This document shows, in pieces, positions 9,793 to 20,258 of a DNA stretch of 64,000 nt (position 1 is its first letter; every line of letters begins with the position of its first letter). The notes beneath the pieces were generated by a model. It saw nothing but the letters and a program-made list of their open reading frames with translations, was not told where the DNA came from and did no database searches. A program made the position numbers and the translations under genes. The stretch covers positions 1,088,001 to 1,152,000 of the forward strand of contig CBDBDR010000017.1 in NCBI GenBank assembly GCA_965203965.1. The letters run 5' to 3'. The stretch is from Thermodesulfobacteriota bacterium (GTDB lineage: Bacteria; Desulfobacterota_D; UBA1144; Nemesobacterales; JAJCZQ01).

Positions 9793-10383
9793 ATGATGAA
9801 GAGACAAGCTACCGTTGACAGGAAAACCAAAGAGGTCAAGTGCAACGTCACGATCAATCTGGACGGTTCGGGAAAGTTCGAAGTTAAAACGGGTATTTCT
9901 TTTTTTAACCACATGCTTGAGCAGTTTGCAAAGCATGGATATTTTGACCTCAAAATTAAAACGATCGGCGACACAGAGGTTGATTTTCACCACACTGTGG
10001 AAGATACCGGCATAGTATTAGGAGAAACATTCCACAAGGCACTGGGAGACAAAAAAGGAATAAGAAGGTTTGCACACTCTTTAGTGCCGTTTGATGAAAG
10101 CCTTGTTTGCGTGACGGTGGATCTGAGTGGTAGACCCTATTTTGTATATAAAGGCGAAATGCCCAAATCAAAAGTGGGGGAGTTTGACGTTGAACTTGTT
10201 GAGGAGTTTTTTAAATCTCTGGCTCATTCAATGAAATGCAATCTACACGTTGAATTGAAATACGGCACCAACCTTCACCACAATATTGAAGCAATGTTCA
10301 AAGCCTTGGGAATTGCCTTGGATGAAGCAACGTCAATAGATACACGATCCAAAGCTATACCTTCTACAAAGGGAAAACTCTGA
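9793..10383 (+). CDS. hisB: imidazoleglycerol-phosphate dehydratase
   Basis: RKTKE, FFNHML, DFHHTVEDTGI, NLHHNIEAMFKA, IPSTKG; start placed at ATG 9793. Confidence 0.95.
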   Translation: MMKRQATVDRKTKEVKCNVTINLDGSGKFEVKTGISFFNHMLEQFAKHGYFDLKIKTIGDTEVDFHHTVEDTGIVLGETFHKALGDKKGIRRFAHSLVPFDESLVCVTVDLSGRPYFVYKGEMPKSKVGEFDVELVEEFFKSLAHSMKCNLHVELKYGTNLHHNIEAMFKALGIALDEATSIDTRSKAIPSTKGKL

Positions 10384-11042
10384 TGATCGTAATTGTTGAC
10401 TATGGAATGGGTAACCTGAGAAGCGTTTACAATGCTTTTGAAACTCAAGGTTACACAGTATCAGTCAGCGACAGCACACAAACAATTGAGAATGCTGGCG
10501 GACTTGTCTTGCCCGGGGTCGGGGCATTTGGGGACTGCATCAAAAATCTTCAAAAGAAGGGATTGCTTGAAACCGTTAAGAGTTTCATCTCATCAGGCAG
10601 ACCATTCCTCGGAATATGCCTCGGTTTGCAGGCTTTGTTCAATGAAAGTGAGGAAGCACCTGGAATAAGAGGTCTTGGCGTATTCAAAGGTAGAGTAAGA
10701 AAATTCTCCAGCTTCTCACCACAAAAGCTAAAGGTTCCCCAAATAGGATGGAATCAAATTGAATTTGATCCTAAAATTACCGTGCTGAAAAACATACCGC
10801 AAAAAAGTTGGTTTTACTTTGTTCACTCCTACTACGTTGAACCCGAAGATGAGGACTTGAAGATCATCAGATCAGACTACGGAATAGAATTCACGGCAGC
10901 AGTTGAAAAAGACAATGTTTTTGCGTGTCAGTTCCATCCGGAAAAAAGCGGTGAATCTGGACTTAAAATAATCAGAAATTTTGCAGAACTTTCAAACAGC
11001 AGACAACCCCTAACGGGAGAGAGAAAAATTCCCCTTCCCTGA
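10383..11042 (+). CDS. hisH: imidazole glycerol phosphate synthase glutaminase subunit
   Basis: DYGMGNL.SV, PGVGAF, GICLG, YFVHSY, QFHPEKS. Confidence 0.96.
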   Translation: MIVIVDYGMGNLRSVYNAFETQGYTVSVSDSTQTIENAGGLVLPGVGAFGDCIKNLQKKGLLETVKSFISSGRPFLGICLGLQALFNESEEAPGIRGLGVFKGRVRKFSSFSPQKLKVPQIGWNQIEFDPKITVLKNIPQKSWFYFVHSYYVEPEDEDLKIIRSDYGIEFTAAVEKDNVFACQFHPEKSGESGLKIIRNFAELSNSRQPLTGERKIPLP

Positions 11043-11078
11043 AGGGGTGGCATTGCCCTCAGGCAATGTCGGGGTAGT
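11029..11078 (+). repeat. REP-like double-hairpin element, copy A
   Basis: CCCCTTC-cct-GAAGGGG, tg, GCATTGCC-ctca-GGCAATGT, CGGGGTAGT; same architecture as 35934-35978. Confidence 0.7.
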
Positions 11079-11099
11079 CCCCATCCTTCTGGATACCTA

Positions 11100-12230
11100 C
11101 TAATTATTTCTCAAGAAACTTTCCAATTGACTTTTCATGCCTGAGTTGGCTAATTTTCCAAGTGCTGCTTTCTCTATTTGCCTGATCCTTTCCCTTGTGA
11201 GGTTGAACCTCTTGCCAATTTCATCCAGCGTATATGTGTTTCGGCACTCAATACCGAACCTGAGCCTTATTATCTCTTCCTCACGCTGATTTAACAGGGT
11301 CAAGGCTTCTTTCAATTTTTCAGCAAGCGATGCCCTTGCCAGAACGGAATCGGGAATAACGGCTTCTTTGTCTGGTACAGAATCCAACAACGTATTTTTC
11401 TCGCCGTCAAGCACTGGTGTATCAAGACTTATGGCGTCATTTGTTGAGTTAAGTATCCTCTTCACTACTTCCACGGAAATCCCTGACTTATCGGCAATTT
11501 CCTGTGGTGTGGGTTTTCTTTCAATATTTTTTGCGAGCTTGGCACTTGTCTTGTAAACACGGTTGGCTTGCTCAAGAAGATACACAGGCACTTTTATAGT
11601 TCTTGTCTGTCCCTGAAGTGCTCTTAATATTGCTTGGTGTATCCACCATGATGCATAGGTTGAAAACTTATAACCCTTAGTGTGGTCAAACCTCTCAACT
11701 GCCCTCATCAAACCGAGATTGCCTTCCTGAATAAGGTCGGGAAGTGGCAACCCCCTGTTCATATATCTTCTGGATATTGTTATTACAAGCCTTAAATTAG
11801 CTTTCAAAAACCTTTGCTTTAATCTCTGAGCAAAAGCATGGAACACAGTGGCAAATGCAGAAAGGTATGCAATCCTTTTAGCCATTTCTTTTTGCTTTAT
11901 GGTATTTTTCCTGAGCTTGGCGATCTTAGCCGTCAGAGTTATGACAGTTGCCTTAAACTCGGCGGTTTTCACTTCGCACTTTTTTATTTTCGCAGAGATC
12001 TCAACTTCCTGCTTTGCCGTGAAAAGCGGCTCAACTGCCATATCCTTGAAATAAACATGAAGGAGCCTTAACTGCTCGTCAGGAGTCCATTCGGATTCTT
12101 TTTCTTCAGTTTTTGGCGCATCAATACTTCTGCCATCTGTATCCAACAGATTATTGTCCAAATTCATTTCAATTTCATCATTGTCGGTAAAAGATTCAAA
12201 TTCGTTCATTTTTGCAGAATCTCCTCTCAT
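11100..12230 (-). CDS. RpoD/SigA-family sigma70 factor without region 1.1 (group 2-like)
   Basis: ANLRLVI, DLIQEGNLGLMRAVERFD..KGYKFSTYA.WW, TLDEIG..F.LTRERIRQIE. Confidence 0.92.
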   Translation of the reverse strand: MRGDSAKMNEFESFTDNDEIEMNLDNNLLDTDGRSIDAPKTEEKESEWTPDEQLRLLHVYFKDMAVEPLFTAKQEVEISAKIKKCEVKTAEFKATVITLTAKIAKLRKNTIKQKEMAKRIAYLSAFATVFHAFAQRLKQRFLKANLRLVITISRRYMNRGLPLPDLIQEGNLGLMRAVERFDHTKGYKFSTYASWWIHQAILRALQGQTRTIKVPVYLLEQANRVYKTSAKLAKNIERKPTPQEIADKSGISVEVVKRILNSTNDAISLDTPVLDGEKNTLLDSVPDKEAVIPDSVLARASLAEKLKEALTLLNQREEEIIRLRFGIECRNTYTLDEIGKRFNLTRERIRQIEKAALGKLANSGMKSQLESFLRNN

Positions 12231-12446
12231 GTTTGTCTCTTAGCCCCCATTGTATCAAATTTAAAGAGATGAAAAAACAAAATTTGCTAGGAAAGCAAAA
12301 ATCTGTAGAGACTGGCTTATTGTCAGGAACAGTTTTATGGTTATTAGTTACAAGCAAAAATCTGTGATCTCAAATAGATTTCTTTTGTATTTTGACCACA
12401 AAATAACAGACAAACAGCCTAACCATATAACTTGTTCAGGTGCAGT

Positions 12447-13058
12447 TCATTTCACGCCATTGTAGCCGTCTGCAACCTTACTCCAGTTCACTACATTCCA
12501 CCACGCCTCAATATAATCGGGCCTCTTGTTCTGGTAGTTAAGGTAATAGGCATGCTCCCAAACATCCAGTCCTAAAATTGGCTTTAACCCTTCAGATAAA
12601 GGATTATCCTGATTAGGGGTGGAAGTAACAACCAAATTATTACTACCGTTGACACAAAGCCATGCCCATCCACTACCAAAGCGAGTTGTTGCAGCCTTGG
12701 AAAACTCTTGCTTAAAGTTGTTAAAGTCTCCAAAAGCACTGTTTATTGCATCGGCCAACTCTCCTTGCGGTTCAGCATCGCCTCCGGGGACCATAATTTG
12801 CCAAAAAAGGCTGTGATTTGCATGACCGCCCCCGTTGTTTCTCACGGCAACCCTTATATCCTCGGGAACAGAGCTCAGGTCTGAGATCAAATCCTCAACT
12901 GATCTGTTCTGTTGTTCAGGATGTTTTTCCAATGCTGTATTTAGATTTTTAACGTATGTCTGATGATGTCTCGAGTGGTGAATTTCCATCGTGCGAGCAT
13001 CAATATATGGTTCTAGTGCGTCATAACTATATGGTAAATCGGGCAACTCATGTGCCAT
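12447..13058 (-). CDS. sodA: Mn/Fe superoxide dismutase
   Basis: [32 protein letters not shown]. Confidence 0.93.
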   Translation of the reverse strand: MAHELPDLPYSYDALEPYIDARTMEIHHSRHHQTYVKNLNTALEKHPEQQNRSVEDLISDLSSVPEDIRVAVRNNGGGHANHSLFWQIMVPGGDAEPQGELADAINSAFGDFNNFKQEFSKAATTRFGSGWAWLCVNGSNNLVVTSTPNQDNPLSEGLKPILGLDVWEHAYYLNYQNKRPDYIEAWWNVVNWSKVADGYNGVK

Positions 13059-13259
13059 TTAAGTATTCCTCCAATAAATTATTTCGTTGCTTGTGTAAAA
13101 CAATACAATTTTATATTGTCCTTGGAAATCCTAATTATAAACCTTTTATTATCCACTGTAAACATTAAAACTATTAAATTAGACATAGTTCATCTTTTTT
13201 AGTTTATTTATCTAATTTAAGTAAATTAAATAGGGTCAAAGTTATTTAAGGACAGCTTC

Positions 13260-14015
13260 TTGAACAAGTTAATAGAGCTTAGAGATATTTATAAGTCATT
13301 TGGAGAAAAATCGGTTCACTGCGGAATTGACTTGGACATCTATGAAGGCGAACGAATTACCGTTCTCGGAAGAAGTGGAACGGGTAAAAGCGTGCTTCTG
13401 AAACTTATAATAGGACTGATAAAACCAGATAGGGGGAAAGTCACTGTTATGGGAAAAGAGATAAACACCGCCACGGAAAACGAATTGTTATCAATAAGAA
13501 AGGGCATTGGTATGCTCTTTCAGGGGTCGGCGCTTTTTGACTCCCTAACCGTATCGGAGAATATCGCTTATGCTTTGTCTGAAGACCCTAGTTTTTCAGA
13601 AAATGAAATAAACAAATTAGTAAAAAAGAAGTTAGAACTTGTTGGATTAGCCGGTATAGAGGACAAAATGCCAGCAGACCTGAGCGGCGGCATGAAAAAG
13701 AGAGTCGCACTCGCAAGGGCTCTTGCAACTACGCCGAACATACTTCTTTATGATGAGCCAACAACCGGGTTGGACCCTCCCAACATAAACCGTATTAACA
13801 ACCTTATAATACAAATGAACAAACAGTTCAACATAACGAGCGTAATTATCACTCACGACCTTGAAAGCGCTTTCACCGTGTCCGAACGCATAGCTTTCCT
13901 ACATGAGGGAAAGATCGTATTTACGGGAGCAGTTGATAGGGTAAACAACAGCGGTTGTGAACCTCTGGATGATTTTATCAATGGGGTTATGGGAAAAGAA
14001 CTTGCAATCATCTGA
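13260..14015 (+). CDS. MlaF/Mkl-type ABC transporter ATP-binding protein
   Basis: GRSGTGKS, FQGSALFDSL, LSGGMKKRVALARA, YDEPTTGLDP. Confidence 0.88.
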   Translation: MNKLIELRDIYKSFGEKSVHCGIDLDIYEGERITVLGRSGTGKSVLLKLIIGLIKPDRGKVTVMGKEINTATENELLSIRKGIGMLFQGSALFDSLTVSENIAYALSEDPSFSENEINKLVKKKLELVGLAGIEDKMPADLSGGMKKRVALARALATTPNILLYDEPTTGLDPPNINRINNLIIQMNKQFNITSVIITHDLESAFTVSERIAFLHEGKIVFTGAVDRVNNSGCEPLDDFINGVMGKELAII

Positions 14016-16233
14016 AAATAGTCCAAAAAGGACAATTGGTTTAATGGGTGCCACGGGTATAGGGGTGGGCGGTATAATCGGCGGCGGTATATTGGCGTTG
14101 AGCGGTGTTGCATTTGCAAATAGCGGGCCAAGTGCCACACTCGCTTTTCTTCTGAATGGACTGATAGCAGTAATGGTAGCCCTGAGCTATGCGGAAATGT
14201 CCTCCATTTTTCCCGAATCGGGAGGAACTTACCTATTTTCAAAAAAAGTCCTGTCAATTAAATCTGCCTTTTTTACAGGCTGGATATTCTGGTTCGCATC
14301 AATAGTGGCAGCAGTTCTATACGCTATTAGTTTTGCATCTTTCATGGTAATTGCAATGAACGTGATATGGAACGAGTTTATAGGTAAGCCCCCGGATTGG
14401 TTTTCCTCACAATTGACCGTAACCCTGCTTTCTACTGCCGCAACGCTGTTTTATACCTTTTCTTTATCAAGGAAAGCCGGGAGCGGTGGAAACTTTGCCA
14501 ACGTAGGTAAAATAGTTGCCTTTTCTATACTGATCATTGCAGGTCTCTTGGCATTGTTTAAAGCGGAATCAGCTCAGGTAGTGAAAAACCTGAGCCCATT
14601 CTTTTCAAACGGAGCCAGCGGTTTATTTACTGCAATGGGATATACATTTATTGCAATGCACGGTTTTGACCTGATCCCAACCGCGGCTGGAGAAATTAAA
14701 AATCCTGAAAAGAACGTTCCAAGATCAATGCTGTTGTCACTGGGGCTTTCACTCGTAATATACGTTCCCCTTTGTTTTATAATCGCAGCCGTCGGTGTAA
14801 ACAGTGGACAAACAATTACGGAAATGGGGTCAGAGTATCTTGAGGAGATAGTTGCAGTCGCTGCAAAGAACTACATGGGTAATTCCGGCTACTGGATCGT
14901 ATTAGTTGCCGGTATATTATCAATGCTCTCAGCACTTAGGGCTAATCTTTTTGGTGCATCAAGGGTGGCATACAAAATGGCAGTTGACAGAACGCTACCT
15001 AAAAAACTCGGCTTCATTCACAAAACTAATCAAACACCTGACAAGTCCATATATGCAACTTCAATAATAACCATCTTAATAATCGTGGCATTTAGCAACG
15101 TTGAATCCGCCGGTGCGGCAGCAAGCCTTGTATTTCTGCTTTCCTTTGCCATATCACAGATATTGTCAATTCTGGTAAGGCGGAGAGTTGACGTTGCCAA
15201 AATACCCTTCCGTATGCCTCTATATCCTTTCCTTCCAGTGATTGGAGCTGTTTGCTGTTCTCTCTTGGCTATTTTTCAAGGATTTGTAGTTCCGCAAGCC
15301 GGATTGATCACGTTAATATGGCTATTTATCGGTGGGGTTCTATACACAATTCTATTTAGCAAAAGTGCAAAACGTTTTGACGTCTCCGCCACCGCTTACG
15401 ATCCGTACTTGTCAAAGCTCAGAGGACAAACACCAGTGGTATTAGTTCCTATATCCAATCCTACAAACGCCGCTTCGCTTATCAAACTTGCAAGTTCATT
15501 CGCTCCACCGGATTTTGGAAAGGTGAGGCTCTTGTCAGTAGTAACAAAATCAGAAGACCATAATGAACAAGTCAAAAAAATAACCAACAGTCAGAATGTG
15601 CTTAAGGAATCTCTAAAAGCATCTATTGAAAATGGTATATACCCCGAAGCACTGACCACTGTGGCTGATAACGCTTGGGATGAAATAAAAAGAGTTTCAA
15701 AACATTACCAATGCGACAGTATTGTTCTCGGACTGACAGATATTAATGAAGAAGTAGCCGGATTATACATGGAAAAACTGATAAGCAATGTTTCTTGTGA
15801 CGTGGTGGTTCTTAGGGCTTATAATGGGTGGAATTTACAAGGTGTCAAGAGGGTGCTTATCCCCATCTCAGGCGGAAACAGCTATGAAAAACTACTGGCA
15901 AGACTGATAGGCACTCTGTCCCGCGTGGGGATCTCGGAAATTGAATTTTTAAGGGTTATGCCTCAACTCTCAACTTGGTCGGATAGAAAAAAGGCAAGAG
16001 AAAAGCTGTTCATATTAGCACAGGACTACTGCGTGAATGGAAACTTCAGTGTAAAAGTTGTTCAGAATGATAACGTTACCGAGGAGATAATAAGTCAATC
16101 GGAGAACTTTGATATGATTATATTGGGTTTTAAAAAGGTTAATAAATCCTACCTGCGAGCTTTTGGCCCCATTACGCTGAAGATCGCCCGTGAAACCAAC
16201 ACACCCTTAGTCCTTATAAATCATTCGGACTGA
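14002..16233 (+). CDS. APC-family amino acid permease with C-terminal universal-stress-protein-like domains
   Basis: GVGGIIGGGI, YAEM..FPESGG.Y, AGEIKNP.KNVP, soluble C-terminal VLVPISNP/VLIPISGG USP-like repeats; TTG 14002 preferred over 13957. Confidence 0.82.
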   Translation: MQSSENSPKRTIGLMGATGIGVGGIIGGGILALSGVAFANSGPSATLAFLLNGLIAVMVALSYAEMSSIFPESGGTYLFSKKVLSIKSAFFTGWIFWFASIVAAVLYAISFASFMVIAMNVIWNEFIGKPPDWFSSQLTVTLLSTAATLFYTFSLSRKAGSGGNFANVGKIVAFSILIIAGLLALFKAESAQVVKNLSPFFSNGASGLFTAMGYTFIAMHGFDLIPTAAGEIKNPEKNVPRSMLLSLGLSLVIYVPLCFIIAAVGVNSGQTITEMGSEYLEEIVAVAAKNYMGNSGYWIVLVAGILSMLSALRANLFGASRVAYKMAVDRTLPKKLGFIHKTNQTPDKSIYATSIITILIIVAFSNVESAGAAASLVFLLSFAISQILSILVRRRVDVAKIPFRMPLYPFLPVIGAVCCSLLAIFQGFVVPQAGLITLIWLFIGGVLYTILFSKSAKRFDVSATAYDPYLSKLRGQTPVVLVPISNPTNAASLIKLASSFAPPDFGKVRLLSVVTKSEDHNEQVKKITNSQNVLKESLKASIENGIYPEALTTVADNAWDEIKRVSKHYQCDSIVLGLTDINEEVAGLYMEKLISNVSCDVVVLRAYNGWNLQGVKRVLIPISGGNSYEKLLARLIGTLSRVGISEIEFLRVMPQLSTWSDRKKAREKLFILAQDYCVNGNFSVKVVQNDNVTEEIISQSENFDMIILGFKKVNKSYLRAFGPITLKIARETNTPLVLINHSD

Positions 16234-16258
16234 TTTAATCGCTCTCTAATAAATTACT

Positions 16259-16750
16259 TCACGCCTGAACTTCTTCTTTTCTCTTTTCTCTTCTTTCAAT
16301 TCCTTCAATTTTTATGATCTTCCATTTCCCAAAATTGGATTTTTCAATATAGATCGTGATATTTTCTGGTGCGTTGTTTAACCCCAGAACACCAACTTCA
16401 ACACCATTCCTTATGCCGGTGGCTTCCACGTCCATGTTGACAATTGCAATTTTTCTTTCGCCTTGCTTCTCCACTCTTGAGGTTAAATTTGAAAAAGAAC
16501 CTTTTAACGTATCAAATTCATCAAATGTATTTTTCACTATATTTCTGATGATAATATAGTTATAACCAGAGTCGTCTTTATAATGAATAGAAAAAAAAAC
16601 CATAAACTTCTCAAGGTCTTCAGATTCAGCTGATTTTATTATCTCGTTAAAATAAGCGGTAAAAAATCCATCTCCCTCTCTGTTTTTCATAAACAGGATC
16701 AAAATTAAAAGCAGTATTGGCAACAAAATAAATATTTTCTTCATTGTCAT
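16259..16750 (-). CDS. hypothetical membrane-anchored protein (possible NTF2-like fold)
   Basis: N-terminal TM; FS..YKD..G and WKIIK end; overlaps comEC stop. Confidence 0.6.
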   Translation of the reverse strand: MTMKKIFILLPILLLILILFMKNREGDGFFTAYFNEIIKSAESEDLEKFMVFFSIHYKDDSGYNYIIIRNIVKNTFDEFDTLKGSFSNLTSRVEKQGERKIAIVNMDVEATGIRNGVEVGVLGLNNAPENITIYIEKSNFGKWKIIKIEGIERREKRKEEVQA

Positions 16751-19059
16751 ATATGCTCAATCACGTCCATACCGTTTGGACTGACTTTAATTTTTACCAT
16801 ACCCACTACCTCCGTATCGTAAACTTTTAACCGTTCGGACGGGTAGTTATTGCCCGTGCACTTTTTGCAAACTACAACGTCTGGATTGAACGTCTCAATA
16901 ACTGCTCCGTAGCCACCTGAATATTTTAATTCCGGCAAAAACACGGCTTTGATCTCCCCTTTGATTGATTGTTTTATTGATACCATATCGCTCAAGCTGA
17001 ACTTCTCAATAGACTCGCCTAAAATTATAACACTCCCCTTGAAATTTATGGAAATTAAAACGGGTTTGGGAAGTTTTGAATCAAAAATATGATATGGATT
17101 TTTCTGGCGGTAAAAAACGACTTCAGTGTCTCCTGAACTGAAACTGTCCTTTTCATAATGTATCTTATGCACGTCAATATCCTTCTGGTAGATGCTTTCC
17201 CATAATGTGTTGCTGAGCTTTGAACCGTTTATCCATAGCTCATCGGGTCTTGTTCTCTTTATAAGAGTATTGAGACCTTTCAGGTGTGATCTGTCAAGAG
17301 AGGTGTAAACCACCAAATCCAGTGAAGTGATCCGCTCATGCAACAGGAAAGGTATAAGGACGGAGCGGTCAATAAAATCAGATCTGGAATTAGGAGAAAA
17401 TCCACCGTTAAAGACTATCTTTTTTGAATCCGGTAATTTCAAGACTGTTATATTCTTTCTTCCCGAGTCCAGAAAGTAGGCTTCAAGTTGTCCATCAGCA
17501 GAGTGATGAACATCAACAACGTTAATAAACACAAGAAGAAAAAAGACTGGTGGCAATAAATACCGGAGTTTCCTGTGACCCTGTTGTAATAAGATCAGTA
17601 ACCCCAAAAAATACAACAGGAAAATAGAAAAAAGACCGAGCCTGTGCACTGTTAAATAAGCAAAGCCGGTTTTCTCAAACAACTCCGTTATATAGAGTAG
17701 GAAACTGACAAAATACAGATTTGCATTTATCATTATAAATCCCGCTAAATAAGTGCTCAGCATGAACGCGGCTACAGATAAAAGACACAGCGGTAGGATT
17801 AGCAGTTCCACAATAGGCAGAACAACCAAATTGGCGGGAACAGTAAGGACCGGCAAGTAGCCAAAGGCATTAAGGGAAATAGGAATTGTGACAAAAGTTG
17901 CTGCAATCGTGGTTTTAATAACTGAAAGCAGATTATTTTTTAACCCTCCTATCTTAAAAGGGTAATACAAATGGATCATAAAAATCCCAAATACAGACAG
18001 AAACGACAGTTGAAATGCAAGGTCAAATAAGGAATTCGGATTTACAACAAGGATCAGTAAACCAGCAAAGCCAAGCGTGTTCAACTTGAACTCTTCCTTA
18101 CCGATGATGATCGCAATCAAATATACCACTATCATTATAGCTGCCCTTATTGATGATATGGAAAAACCCGTCAGTGGGGTGTAAAGCAAAACTGGTAGAA
18201 TTGTCATCAAAGCTGCAATTCTTGGAACTTCGTATTGCAACATCAGGTATTCGGAACGTTTTAACAACCATTTAATAATAAAGTAAAAAGCAAAGGCAAA
18301 CATACCAACGTGCAAACCGGAAATTGCAAGAATATGGGATAAGCCAAGCGCAGAAAACCTGTCTTTGAGATTTGACGGCAGATAACTCTTATCCCCAACG
18401 CTGAGAGCGTTTATTATCTCACTGTGCGGATATGGAACAACAGATCTCGCAAACTGAACATACTCCATCCTGAAAAGGTTTACTTGGTATAAAATAGGAT
18501 TTACAGACTGGCTTTTTCCATGAATTGTCAACCTGCCGCTGGAAGCGAAGGCAGAGTAGTGAATATTCTTCAACTTGTAAAAACCATCAATATCAAAACT
18601 GCCGGGATTTTCAAAATTCCCGATCTTTTCAAGCCTGACACCTTCGATCGATACACGGTCACCGTAGTATAGTTTTCTTTCCATTTTACCAAGATACAAA
18701 ACTACCTTTTCATCAAGACGGAAACTGCTGCCGCTATTTTCTATCTCGTCTATTTGAACTATCAACCTCACACTGTTCTCTCTGATTTCTGGATTTCTTT
18801 CCAGAACACCACTGATTTTTACCTTTTTTCCTGCTACATGCTCAATTTCCTTAACGGGTTCGTAATTGACCGTTAGAACAATCCCGAGCGGAATAAATGC
18901 GAGGAACGCAAGGGTGTTTTTTTTTAATATCAATATTAGGAAGGGAAAAAATACTGCCAAAGTTACAAAAACAGACGGATCCAGATGTTTTTTAAGTAAA
19001 ATTCCTAAAATAAAGGATATAAGACAAAATAATATCCTGTGTTTAACGAATAGCGTCAT
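16747..19059 (-). CDS. comEC: DNA uptake protein ComEC/Rec2
   Basis: NPGSFD, GLSHILAISGLHVG, RAAIM, FQLSF; C-terminal degenerate MBL domain. Confidence 0.9.
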   Translation of the reverse strand: MTLFVKHRILFCLISFILGILLKKHLDPSVFVTLAVFFPFLILILKKNTLAFLAFIPLGIVLTVNYEPVKEIEHVAGKKVKISGVLERNPEIRENSVRLIVQIDEIENSGSSFRLDEKVVLYLGKMERKLYYGDRVSIEGVRLEKIGNFENPGSFDIDGFYKLKNIHYSAFASSGRLTIHGKSQSVNPILYQVNLFRMEYVQFARSVVPYPHSEIINALSVGDKSYLPSNLKDRFSALGLSHILAISGLHVGMFAFAFYFIIKWLLKRSEYLMLQYEVPRIAALMTILPVLLYTPLTGFSISSIRAAIMIVVYLIAIIIGKEEFKLNTLGFAGLLILVVNPNSLFDLAFQLSFLSVFGIFMIHLYYPFKIGGLKNNLLSVIKTTIAATFVTIPISLNAFGYLPVLTVPANLVVLPIVELLILPLCLLSVAAFMLSTYLAGFIMINANLYFVSFLLYITELFEKTGFAYLTVHRLGLFSIFLLYFLGLLILLQQGHRKLRYLLPPVFFLLVFINVVDVHHSADGQLEAYFLDSGRKNITVLKLPDSKKIVFNGGFSPNSRSDFIDRSVLIPFLLHERITSLDLVVYTSLDRSHLKGLNTLIKRTRPDELWINGSKLSNTLWESIYQKDIDVHKIHYEKDSFSSGDTEVVFYRQKNPYHIFDSKLPKPVLISINFKGSVIILGESIEKFSLSDMVSIKQSIKGEIKAVFLPELKYSGGYGAVIETFNPDVVVCKKCTGNNYPSERLKVYDTEVVGMVKIKVSPNGMDVIEHI

Positions 19060-19544
19060 TAATGATCATCACATTCTTTGCAAAGAACGGTGGCGGTTGC
19101 AGCTATCCCTTCCCCTGAACCAATGGCTCCCATATTCTCGGCAGTTGTGGCTTTTATTCCGATCCTATCCCTGCTTAAATTCAGCACTTTTGATATGGTA
19201 TCTTTCATTGGATCAACGTAAGGAGCGATCTTCGGCTTTTCACAGATAAGCACCGTATCAAGATTTATGATCTCCAACCCTTTCAATTCAAGCATTTTTA
19301 TCACCTTTTCAAGAAGTGTTATGCTTGATACACCTTTGTAACGTGCATCATCGTCTGGAAAATGGAATCCAATATCTTTCTCGCCTATCGCACCAAGTAA
19401 AGCGTCACAAATCGCATGGACAAGCACGTCTGCATCGGAATGCCCCTTCAATCCAAACTCATAGGGAATCTCAACCCCACCCAACACAAGCCTTGAACTC
19501 TGCTCAAATCTATGCGCATCAACACCATGTCCTACTCTATACAC
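19059..19544 (-). CDS. ispF: 2-C-methyl-D-erythritol 2,4-cyclodiphosphate synthase
   Basis: RVGHGVDAH, GHSDADVLVHA..DALLGA, KATT. Confidence 0.96.
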   Translation of the reverse strand: MYRVGHGVDAHRFEQSSRLVLGGVEIPYEFGLKGHSDADVLVHAICDALLGAIGEKDIGFHFPDDDARYKGVSSITLLEKVIKMLELKGLEIINLDTVLICEKPKIAPYVDPMKDTISKVLNLSRDRIGIKATTAENMGAIGSGEGIAATATVLCKECDDH

Positions 19545-20251
19545 TATTTAATGCTCCTAACGTGACCGCCCATCATTAATTCAGCAAGTTTCATATCTTC
19601 GGAACTTGTTACCTTGAAATTAAATTCTGAACCTCTGGTAATATGAACCTTATGTCCTGCGCATTCCACTATTTGTGCTTCATCGGTAAAGATGCTGTTT
19701 TTCAAATCCACTTTTTCATAGCCATCTCTAAGTATGCCACACTTAAAAGCCTGAGGGGTTTGTGCTCGCCAGATTGAACTTCGAGACAGGGTGTTTTTGA
19801 CAATTTCATTATTCACCATTTTAAGAGTGTCCGTAATTGGAATGGCGGAGATAACACAACCTTTTGTATTTGCTTCTGAAATTATTTTATCAATAAAGTC
19901 CGGTGTCACAAAAGGTCTTGCCGCGTCATGGACAACAACGATCTTTGCATCACCCCTAACGGCTTCAAAACCTTTCTTTACGGAATCCTGCCTAACGTCC
20001 CCGCCTTCAACAACTTTTACTTGATCGGTGAATGAGTTTTTCCCTATTATCTCTTTTTCAACAAAATTTACGTCGTCCCGTGAAACAACCAGAACTATCT
20101 CCCCCACGGATAAACTTTTCTGAAAAGATTTGAGACAAAAAGAAAGCAAGGGTTTTCCTTGTATTTTGACAAATTGCTTTTTTGAACTTCCCTCGAACCT
20201 GGACCCAGTTCCCGCGGCTGGGATAATGGCTGATGCTTTTATATCAGGCAT
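19544..20251 (-). CDS. ispD: 2-C-methyl-D-erythritol 4-phosphate cytidylyltransferase
   Basis: PAAGTGSR, RQDSV, HDAARP, AQTPQAF, NFKVT. Confidence 0.95.
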   Translation of the reverse strand: MPDIKASAIIPAAGTGSRFEGSSKKQFVKIQGKPLLSFCLKSFQKSLSVGEIVLVVSRDDVNFVEKEIIGKNSFTDQVKVVEGGDVRQDSVKKGFEAVRGDAKIVVVHDAARPFVTPDFIDKIISEANTKGCVISAIPITDTLKMVNNEIVKNTLSRSSIWRAQTPQAFKCGILRDGYEKVDLKNSIFTDEAQIVECAGHKVHITRGSEFNFKVTSSEDMKLAELMMGGHVRSIK

Positions 20252-20258
20252 TTAAATG

